NCBI GenBank assembly: GCA_003508595.1
Contig: DNUF01000128.1
Span: 21,069-85,068, forward strand
Direction of reading: 5' to 3'
Length of the DNA: 64,000 nucleotides
Origin: Planctomycetaceae bacterium
GTDB lineage: Bacteria > Planctomycetota > Planctomycetia > Planctomycetales > Planctomycetaceae
Numbering within the stretch: position 1 is the first letter of the stretch; the number at the start of each line of letters is the position of its first letter. A model generated the notes under the pieces. It did not search any database. It was not told the origin of the DNA and saw only the letters and a program-made list of their open reading frames with translations. Below are positions 57,497 to 64,000 of this stretch, piece after piece. A program made the translations under genes and the position numbers.

Positions 57497-58393
57497 TCAG
57501 GTTTGGCCCCACCACGCGAGAGTCAGCCCCCCCGCCGCGAGGAGCACGACTTCGGCCAGCCGCATCCAGCACCGACCGATCCCCCTCTCGGTCGCCCGCT
57601 GGGTACGAACGGGGCTTCCCGCCAGCCCGAGTGCGGCCAGAAACACGGTTGTGGCCGCCAGTCCCGACATTCGCCCCTGCAGCAGAGCACCGGTCAGCAA
57701 CACCGGGGGAACCAGCAGGCAGAATCCCGGCAGTGCCCCACGGGTCGCCGCAACCTGACCGAGCCTCTCCCCTCCCAGCAGCGTCCCGGCGAAGACGGCC
57801 ACCCCCAGCAGCACCAGCCCCGCCAGCGACGACAGGTCCCAGCAGGCGAGGCTGCCGGCCACCGCGCAGCCCACCAGCACCCAACCGATCCCGCGCCACA
57901 GCTCCCAACCTTCCCCCGAGACCTTCCGCGCCCGCGACCAGAGGCCCCCCGAAATCAGAGTCCCGGCCAACACAGCGGCCCACCGCCCCACTCCCGATTC
58001 CCCGGCAGGAATCAACACCACCGCACTGGCCACCGCCGACCAGATCCACGGCAGCCCGCGCAACACCGCCGCCGGCCATGCCGGGCTTGCCAGGGCCGCC
58101 ATGCAGACCGTCCCGAGTACCGCCACCCACGGCAGCCACGAACTTCCCCCCTGCCACTGTGGCGGGGCCCAGCGCAGGACGCGGGTTCCCCCCAGCAGGC
58201 CGACCACCAATCCCACGGCCGAGGCCATCCCCATCGCCGCCTCGACCCCCGCCGCAGTCCGCGACCGGGCCAGGCGATGCAAGACCACAAACATCACGCA
58301 CGCGGCCAGCATCGGCAATCCGGCCACGCTCACCAAACCGGTCCATCCCATCGCGCTGTTCCTTGTCGAGACCGCATGGGGCCTGGCCTGCAT
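57497..58393 (-). CDS. hydrophobic membrane protein, function unknown
   Basis: 298 aa, rich in G/A/L/W with several TM-like segments. It lies between the YceI-like gene and pyrF on the same strand. The region is open in several frames because of extreme GC, so the call is tentative. Confidence 0.45.
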   Translation of the reverse strand: MQARPHAVSTRNSAMGWTGLVSVAGLPMLAACVMFVVLHRLARSRTAAGVEAAMGMASAVGLVVGLLGGTRVLRWAPPQWQGGSSWLPWVAVLGTVCMAALASPAWPAAVLRGLPWIWSAVASAVVLIPAGESGVGRWAAVLAGTLISGGLWSRARKVSGEGWELWRGIGWVLVGCAVAGSLACWDLSSLAGLVLLGVAVFAGTLLGGERLGQVAATRGALPGFCLLVPPVLLTGALLQGRMSGLAATTVFLAALGLAGSPVRTQRATERGIGRCWMRLAEVVLLAAGGLTLAWWGQT

Positions 58394-58455
58394 TCCCCCC
58401 GCGCTTCGGCCATCCCCACTTGCTTACCGCTCCAGTGGGATGCGGCGGCGGTTGC

Positions 58456-59223
58456 TCACGGCTGCGGCGATCGGCCGGTGTCGGTTTCATCGGCCGGCTG
58501 TGCGCCCGAGCCCGGTTTTTTGGCCGTCAAAGGGGACTCGACCGGTTGCGAAACCTCGACCACCAATTCGACTCCCCGGTCATCCTCAGGCTCGTAAGCA
58601 AGCCCGTACTTCGCCGGGTCAAACCAGAACCGGGCCATCAAGACCAGACCCCGCGCCCCATCAAACAGCTCGATTCGTGCCGGAAAAGACAACTGCCGCG
58701 TTTCCCCCCGCAGCGTGAGATCACCCCGAATTCGATGATTCTCGAAATCACGCAACTCACCCGATTCGAGACTGTTGAAGGCGGGAGCCACGTTGTTCGC
58801 GAAAAAGCCAATCAGCCGAAAATGCTCCACATCGAGTCCATCCCGGGATTTCAGTTGCTCGACCAGTTCGGCAGCCTTCGATTCGAGAGAGTCCGAATCA
58901 ATTTCCAGGTCGATTCGCTTCACCGAGATCCGGTTGTCGGTCAGGGTGACGATTCCATGAAACTGTCGAAACTCGGCCCAGACCTTCTCTCCGTCTTCAT
59001 TCGTCAGCATCACGCCGATCCGGGTGTTCGCCGGCGTCAGCCTGGCAATCCCCTCGTCGACCGTGATCGGGCGCATCTGGTCGGGAGTCAACAACGTCGC
59101 CCCCACCACCTCAGGCGGAGAGGCCTTCGGACCAGGCACCGGCGTGGGGGTGCAACCGACTCCCCAGACCAATCCGGCGAGCAAGACCCAAACCCAATCG
59201 CTGTGCTGCATCCTCTTGGACAT
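58456..59223 (-). CDS. YceI-like lipoprotein
   Basis: Lipobox-like LVWGVGC after a short signal. The C-terminal part (FHGIVTL...IDLEIDSDSLESK...IRGDLTLRGETRQLSFPARI) matches the YceI family. I used the ATG at 59221-59223. Confidence 0.7.
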   Translation of the reverse strand: MSKRMQHSDWVWVLLAGLVWGVGCTPTPVPGPKASPPEVVGATLLTPDQMRPITVDEGIARLTPANTRIGVMLTNEDGEKVWAEFRQFHGIVTLTDNRISVKRIDLEIDSDSLESKAAELVEQLKSRDGLDVEHFRLIGFFANNVAPAFNSLESGELRDFENHRIRGDLTLRGETRQLSFPARIELFDGARGLVLMARFWFDPAKYGLAYEPEDDRGVELVVEVSQPVESPLTAKKPGSGAQPADETDTGRSPQP

Positions 59224-59536
59224 CGTTCTGGCGTTCACTCGAGTTTCTCACCGTCCCCCCTGCGGCTTCCATCCCCCCTCGGGCACGACACAACCCCAGC
59301 CAGCCAGGCGGGATATCACACCAGGTCCCCAACCGTGTATTTCCGTCACCGCAGACACTCTCACCATAACCCCGGTTCGCACACGAGTGATAGTGCGAAA
59401 CGGCAAAAACTCGGCGATCTCCGGCAGGTGCCGTCGGCACCATCCTGCCAATCGAAAACCTCCTTGCACCTCCGCCCCACTCTGTGGAGAATTCTTTCCA
59501 CTGGACTCTCCCCTGGAAACGGAAGCGGCGGCACAC

Positions 59537-61513
59537 GTGACGGATCGACTGGCGGAACTCAACCCCTCGCAACGCGAGGCGGTCACCACTCTCTCGGGCC
59601 CCCTGCTCGTTTTGGCGGGGGCCGGTTCGGGCAAGACCCGCGTCATCACCTATCGGATGGCCGAGTTGATCCGCAGCGGCATCCAGCCCTCCCGCATTCT
59701 GTCGGTCACCTTCACCAACAAAGCGGCCCGCGAGATGCAGGAACGGGCCAGCAAGCTGCTGGGCAAGTCCCGCGGCGAACGCCCCCTGGTCGCCACCTTC
59801 CACAGCCTCTGCGTCCGCATTCTGCGTGAAGAAATCGCCGCGCTCGGCTACCCCACCAGTTTCACGATCTACGACCGGGGTGACCAGGAATCGACGGCCC
59901 GCACCGCCCTGCGCGACATTCGCGTCTCCGAGAAATCGATGAAGCCGGGCGACCTGCTGGCGATGATCAGCAAGTGGAAGGGGGCCGGGATCTCTCCCGA
60001 GCAGGCCCGCGATGCCGTCGATGGCGATCTCGAAGCCCTCGCCGCCGCCGGCTACCGCCGTTATCAGCAGGGAATGAAAGCCGCGGGAGCCGTCGACTTC
60101 GATGACCTGCTCTACCTCACCGACCGCCTCTTCACCACCTCTCCCGAGCTGCTCGCCCGGCACCAGCAACGGTTCGACACCGTCCAGATCGACGAGTACC
60201 AAGACACCAACGGTCTGCAGTTCCGCCTCATCGAGGCACTCGTCCGCCCGCATCACAACATCTGCGTCGTGGGGGATGACGACCAGGCGATCTATGGGTG
60301 GCGCGGGGCCGAAGTCCGGCACATTCTGTCTTTTCCCCAGCACTTCCCGAACACGAAGGTGATTCGCCTGGTCGACAATTACCGCTCGACCGCGCAGATT
60401 CTGTCGCTGGCCAACCAGTTGGTCACGCACAACCGCAACCGGCACGCCAAGCAGTTGCAGGCGCACAAGGACGGCCCGCTGAGCGTGAAGATCAAGGAGC
60501 ATCCCGACGAAGGGACCGAGGCGCTCGATGTGGTCCGCGAGATTTCATTTCTGATCAGGCAGAAGGGGGTCGCGCCGGGAGACATTGCGATTCTCTTCCG
60601 CACCAACGATCAGCCCCGCGCGTTCGAGACCGAGCTGCGTCGGGCCCAGGTGCCGTATGTGCTGCTGGGCAGCCAGTCGTTCTTCGACCGGCGCGAGATT
60701 CGCGACCTGCTGGCCTACATGCGGGTCTGCAGCCGGCCGGAAGACGAAATCCCCCTGCTGCGGATCATCAACGTCCCCCCCCGGGGAATCGGCGCCACCA
60801 CGATCGAGAAACTCGTGGGCCGGGCGCAGAAGACGGCACAGCGACTCTGGAACACCATGCCCCCGGCACTGCAGGCGGGAGAGCTGGGCCAGGCAGCCGG
60901 GAACGCCATCTCGGGGTTCCGCACCCTCATCGAGAAGTACCGCCGGCAGTTTGCCGAGAATCCCCGGGCGCTCAGCACGACGCTCGAAAAGCTCATCGAC
61001 GAGATTGGCTACCATGGCGAGATCGAGAAGCAGTACGAGCAGGCGACGCAGCAAGAACTGCGGAGGACGATGCTGGGGGAACTGGTGACGGCGGTGCGGC
61101 AGTACGAATCGCGTGCGACGCACCCGACGCTGCACGGCTTTTTGCAGGAGACCTCACTGGGGGGTCGGGAAGACGAGCCCGACAAGGACGACAAGCTGCA
61201 GGCCGAGGGGGTCAAGCTGATGACCCTGCACAGTGCGAAGGGGCTGGAGTTTCCGCGGGTCTACCTGGTGGGGATGGAAGAGGGGCTGTTGCCGCACAAG
61301 CGGTCGACCAGCGAACTGGCGGGGGACGTCGACGAAGAGCGCCGGCTCTGCTACGTGGGGGTCACGCGCGCCCGCGAGTTCCTCACAATCTCGCGTGCGC
61401 AAACCCGCATGAAATGGGGCAAACCGCGCGTCTGCCAACCCTCGCGCTTCCTCTTCGAAATGCAGGGCCTGCCAGTCCCGCCTCAGGTTTTGATGGGTGA
61501 TGACCGCAGGTAG
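59537..61513 (+). CDS. ATP-dependent DNA helicase, UvrD/PcrA/Rep family
   Basis: LNPSQREAV, LAGAGSGKT (Walker A), TFTNKAA, DEYQDTN, GDDDQAIYGWRGA, YRS, TLHSAKGLEF and YVGVTRAR appear in canonical order. I chose GTG 59537 as the start because no ATG lies between the YceI-like gene and motif Q. Confidence 0.85.
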   Translation: MTDRLAELNPSQREAVTTLSGPLLVLAGAGSGKTRVITYRMAELIRSGIQPSRILSVTFTNKAAREMQERASKLLGKSRGERPLVATFHSLCVRILREEIAALGYPTSFTIYDRGDQESTARTALRDIRVSEKSMKPGDLLAMISKWKGAGISPEQARDAVDGDLEALAAAGYRRYQQGMKAAGAVDFDDLLYLTDRLFTTSPELLARHQQRFDTVQIDEYQDTNGLQFRLIEALVRPHHNICVVGDDDQAIYGWRGAEVRHILSFPQHFPNTKVIRLVDNYRSTAQILSLANQLVTHNRNRHAKQLQAHKDGPLSVKIKEHPDEGTEALDVVREISFLIRQKGVAPGDIAILFRTNDQPRAFETELRRAQVPYVLLGSQSFFDRREIRDLLAYMRVCSRPEDEIPLLRIINVPPRGIGATTIEKLVGRAQKTAQRLWNTMPPALQAGELGQAAGNAISGFRTLIEKYRRQFAENPRALSTTLEKLIDEIGYHGEIEKQYEQATQQELRRTMLGELVTAVRQYESRATHPTLHGFLQETSLGGREDEPDKDDKLQAEGVKLMTLHSAKGLEFPRVYLVGMEEGLLPHKRSTSELAGDVDEERRLCYVGVTRAREFLTISRAQTRMKWGKPRVCQPSRFLFEMQGLPVPPQVLMGDDRR

Positions 61514-61568
61514 GGTCTCTGTCCCGTAGATGCCAAACTGCGCATTCACCATCCCCGGCACCGGACCC

Positions 61569-62650
61569 CAATGTGCCCTCGCCCGAGGAGACCTACCTCG
61601 TGGGACCAAACTCAGGACGACGGGAGCGCGAACCTCTGTGTTCGCCCCCCGCTGGGGTTTCACTGGCAGATAACGGTCTTTGGGAAGCCAGACATCTTTG
61701 CCGGCACTAACGGTCGATGTGACACCGTGCGATCCGTTTTTGTCGCGGCGAACGCGGCTGTTGGCCGGGGTTTTTGGACAAACTCACACGGCGAACTGGT
61801 TTGACTCACAGGCTAAAAGCCTGTTCCACGACGAGAGAGCCTGCTCCACAATGCGGCCGAAAACCTCAGACCTGAATCGGAAACCAATGTGCCCTCGCCC
61901 AAGCAGACCGTCCTCGTGGGACCAAACACAGGACGACGGGAGCGCGAACCTCTGTGTTCGCCCCCCGCTGGGCGGTCGCTGGCAGATAACGGTCTTTGGG
62001 AAGCCAGACATCGTTGCCGGCACCTACCGTCGATGTGACACCGTGCGATCCGTTTTTGTCGCGGTAAACGCGGCCGTTGGCCGGGATTTTCGGACAAACT
62101 CACACGGCGAGCGGTTTTGACTCACAGGCTAAAAGCCTGTTCCACGACAAGAGAGCCTGCTCCACGGTGCGGCCGAAAACTGAGACCTGAATCGGAAACC
62201 AATGTGCCCTCGCCCGAGCAGACCGCCCCCATGGGACCAAACACAGGACGACGGGAGCGCGAACCTCTGTGTTCGCCACCCGCTGGGGTTTCACTGGCAG
62301 ATAACGGTCTTTGGGAGGCTGCACCTCGTTGCCGGTGCAACTGGTCGATGAGACAAGCTGCGATTCATTCGAGCCGTGTTTGTGGCGGTAAACGCGGCCG
62401 TTGGCCGGGGTTTGGGACAAACTCACACGGCGGGCGGGTTTGACTCACAGGCTAAAAGCCTGTTCCACGATTCGGGAAGCTGGACATCGTTGCCGGCACC
62501 CACCGTCGATAAATACCGTGCGATCCGTTCGAGCCGTTTTTGTCGCGAAGAACGCGGCCGTCGGCCGGGGTTTTGGGACAAACTCACACGGCGGGCGGGT
62601 TTGACTCACAGGCTGAAAGCCTGTTCCACGACACGAGAGCCTGTTCCACC
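61569..62650. repeat. tandem array of a ~315 bp non-coding composite unit (3 full copies plus 1 partial)
   Basis: Units start at 61569, 61885 and 62200 (periods 316 and 315 bp). A partial fourth copy at 62471-62650 contains only the second half of the unit. Copies 1 and 2 differ at roughly one position in twelve by my manual alignment. Every copy keeps the hairpins GCGAAC-CTCTGT-GTTCGC and ACAGGCT-AAA-AGCCTGT. Confidence 0.9.
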
Positions 62651-62654
62651 AAAG

Positions 62655-62689
62655 GACGTGGCGACACACCGCAAGGTGGCCGCCACGTC
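62655..62689. terminator. hairpin between the repeat array and the Dabb gene (possible bidirectional terminator)
   Basis: 9 bp arms GACGTGGCG (62655-62663) / CGCCACGTC (62681-62689). Pyrimidine/T-rich TTCGTTCTCC follows on the plus strand. It lies 40 nt downstream of the Dabb stop on the minus strand. Confidence 0.4.
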
Positions 62690-62728
62690 TTCGTTCTCCT
62701 CTCTCCTCTCACCCGACTCCTCTCTGCG

Positions 62729-63040
62729 TCACCCCACTTCCGAATCGAAGACCCGCACCTGCTTCCAGCCGGGCTTCGATTCGGTGATGAACTGCTGGTG
62801 CCGGGGGTGCGCCTGGTAGGCGTCGTGCGACGCCATCGAGTCGAAGACCACGTGCAGGGCGACGTCGAACGCCCGGTCATTCACCGGGCGGGCCAGCGAG
62901 GGACACAACACCCCCGCGCTGTAATACACCACCCCGTCATGCCCCTTCAGGTACTTGTCACACGCCGCCACCTGGCGCTGGCAAGACTCGGGTGAGTTGT
63001 CGTTCAGAGCGAAAAAGACGTTGTGAACCACGTGAGGCAT
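62729..63040 (-). CDS. Dabb (stress-responsive alpha/beta barrel) family protein
   Basis: 103 aa from ATG 63038-63040. MPHVVHNVFFAL...GHDGVVYYSAG...FDVALHVVFDSMASHDAYQAHPRHQQF matches the Dabb domain pattern. Confidence 0.75.
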   Translation of the reverse strand: MPHVVHNVFFALNDNSPESCQRQVAACDKYLKGHDGVVYYSAGVLCPSLARPVNDRAFDVALHVVFDSMASHDAYQAHPRHQQFITESKPGWKQVRVFDSEVG

Positions 63041-63080
63041 GTCGAAAACTTCCGGAAGAAGCACAAGAAACAGCAAGAAC

Positions 63081-63103
63081 GCAACGGCCCCCAGGCCGGT
63101 TGC
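63081..63103 (-). terminator. imperfect hairpin between the RT stop and the Dabb start (weak terminator/attenuator candidate)
   Basis: GCAACGGCC / GGCCGGTTGC arms with one bulge. On the minus strand it is followed by T-rich GTTCTTGCTGTTTCTTGTGCTTCTTCC, which runs into the Dabb start. Confidence 0.25.
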
Positions 63104-63194
63104 CGCGAACGCACGCCGTCGATCACGGCTGCCCGGACAACAGAGACTGTGTCACTCGGGTCCGCCGGGTCGCGATCGGCACGCCCCAAGATCT

Positions 63195-64000
63195 TTAACG
63201 GTTCCAGTCGATCTGTTCAAACAACGCGAGCAATTTCGCCCCGCGCTGGCTGTTCAGGCTGGTGACAAACGCAATCCGGCCCCGCAGGTGACTGGCAAAC
63301 TCGGGATGTCGCTCGCGATTCTGCGACGTCGGACCGTACTGGATGCAGTTCTTGAGCGTCGCCTTGAGCCGGTCGTAGTCCTCCCGGCGAATGTTCAATT
63401 TCGAATTCACCACCACCCCGGTCACCCGCTGCCGTTGCGACGCCCGCTGCACAGCGGTCTTTCGCGAGTTCAGCCGAAACTGTTCCTGCGCCACAATCTG
63501 CCGGACCAGGGGGAGAAAAACGGCGAGACTGCGCTGGAAGACCTCGCCGCCCGAAAAGGTCAGATCGTCGGCATACCGCGTGTACTGGGCGTTGAAGCTG
63601 CGGGCCAGCCCCGCCAGGCGCAGGTCGAGCACAAACGCCGAGAGGTTGGCCAGTGCGGGTGACGTGGGAGCTCCCTGGGGCAGATGTCGCCGCAGATAGC
63701 GGGTTTCGGCAACGTCGCTGGGACGCCCCGCCTCCCAGAGATTCGGGGGAACGGCCGTGGTCACCAGCCGGGCGAGCCAGATCGCCGCCTCACGCGAGTA
63801 GCCCAGGCTGCGGAAGATCGCCGTCACCCGGGGATAGGTCACGCTCGGATAAAAATTCTCCAGGTCGAGCTTCAGCAACACCCGCTGGCCAACATGCGGC
63901 TGGGCATTCGTCTGGATCGAACGCCCCGTGACAAATCCGTGGGCGGCGACATGGGGAGGAATGCGACCGAGAATCTCGGCCAGAATCTGCTGCTGCACCC
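63195..64000 (-). CDS. retron-type reverse transcriptase (N-terminus outside window)
   Basis: The ORF is open to the window edge. Motifs in order: NAQPH (NAxxH), LKLDLENFYPSV, RHLPQGAPTSPALANL, YTRYADDLTFSG (YADD box) and SQRQRVTGVVVN (VTG motif). TAA stop at 63195-63197. No maturase or endonuclease tail. Confidence 0.8.
   Translation of the reverse strand, partial: VQQQILAEILGRIPPHVAAHGFVTGRSIQTNAQPHVGQRVLLKLDLENFYPSVTYPRVTAIFRSLGYSREAAIWLARLVTTAVPPNLWEAGRPSDVAETRYLRRHLPQGAPTSPALANLSAFVLDLRLAGLARSFNAQYTRYADDLTFSGGEVFQRSLAVFLPLVRQIVAQEQFRLNSRKTAVQRASQRQRVTGVVVNSKLNIRREDYDRLKATLKNCIQYGPTSQNRERHPEFASHLRGRIAFVTSLNSQRGAKLLALFEQIDWNR

Noticed and set aside
57390-58490. 366-codon minus-strand ORF overlapping the 57497..58393 call
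   Set aside because: The translation is G/R/A low-complexity sequence. It would overlap the pyrF start codon at one end and the YceI-like gene stop at the other. I preferred the hydrophobic 298 aa frame, though with low confidence.
59537-61513. UvrD-like helicase as a defence-system component linked to the RT
   Set aside because: It has the full canonical set of SF1 UvrD/PcrA motifs and no extra nuclease or sensor domains. It is on the opposite strand from the RT and separated from it by 1.7 kb. It is most simply the housekeeping repair helicase.
61571-62120. Protein-coding reading of the repeat units (77-codon ORFs starting at the unit-initial ATG, and ORFs 61680..62120, 62100..62426-, 62445..62669-)
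   Set aside because: Between copies 1 and 2 about half of the ~20 nucleotide differences within the ORF (out of ~26 across the whole unit) change the amino acid, giving 13 residue changes in 77 codons. Copy 3 has an in-frame TGA after 46 codons. Period 316 breaks the frame between copies 1 and 2. The translations have no recognisable domain. Conservation sits in the hairpins, not in a frame.
61569-62650. CRISPR array interpretation of the tandem repeats
   Set aside because: The whole ~315 bp unit is repeated, rather than short 25-40 bp repeats separated by unique spacers. No cas genes are in the window.
61569-62650. Integron cassette array / attC cluster
   Set aside because: Entire units are conserved, rather than conserved attC sites separated by unrelated cassettes. 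I could not find RYYYAAC...GTTRRRY core sites. No integrase gene is nearby.
61569-64000. Diversity-generating retroelement (TR/VR pair with the RT)
   Set aside because: Differences between copies are not confined to adenine positions of one copy (for example T/G and C/T changes). The repeats are not inside a target gene. The RT has retron-type motifs (NAxxH, QGxxTSP, VTG) rather than the DGR-type pattern.

Overview
GC-rich chromosomal segment. The gene content points to a Planctomycetota genome (inference, no search run): three PSCyt/PSD (DUF1549-DUF1553) genes, a DUF1501 gene, fae plus a methylene-H4MPT dehydrogenase, a ThuA-LamG protein, a YHYH protein and many Sec/Tat-signal proteins. I call about 45 protein-coding genes, mostly on the minus strand. 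Several sit in tightly coupled operons with ATGA/GTGA start-stop overlaps. Housekeeping genes I recognise are fbp, hisC, hisB, pyrF, a UvrD/PcrA-type helicase, mmsA and a GmhB-like phosphatase. I found no rRNA, tRNA, CRISPR array, transposase or integrase. High GC produces many long spurious ORFs antisense to real genes, and I rejected these. The most unusual part is the right end. A roughly 1.1 kb non-coding tandem array (3 full copies plus one partial copy of a ~315 bp unit built from conserved hairpins) lies at 61569-62650. It is followed on the minus strand by a small Dabb-family gene and a retron-type reverse transcriptase that runs off the window at nt 64000. The RT N-terminus, any msr/msd RNA and any effector would lie outside the window, so I can flag this candidate system but not define it. 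Lesser oddities: an RDD/SpoIIM-like/DUF4129 membrane operon without the usual ATPase partners; a catalase-related domain fused to a SnoaL-like domain; a tandem double S51 peptidase; a fused ABC ATPase-MlaE-like permease; an orphan ComD-like TPP domain in an mmsA operon; a stand-alone WYL regulator with a palindrome upstream; and short direct-repeat motifs in two intergenic regions. All family assignments come from reading motifs by eye. No database search, HMM or folding program was run.
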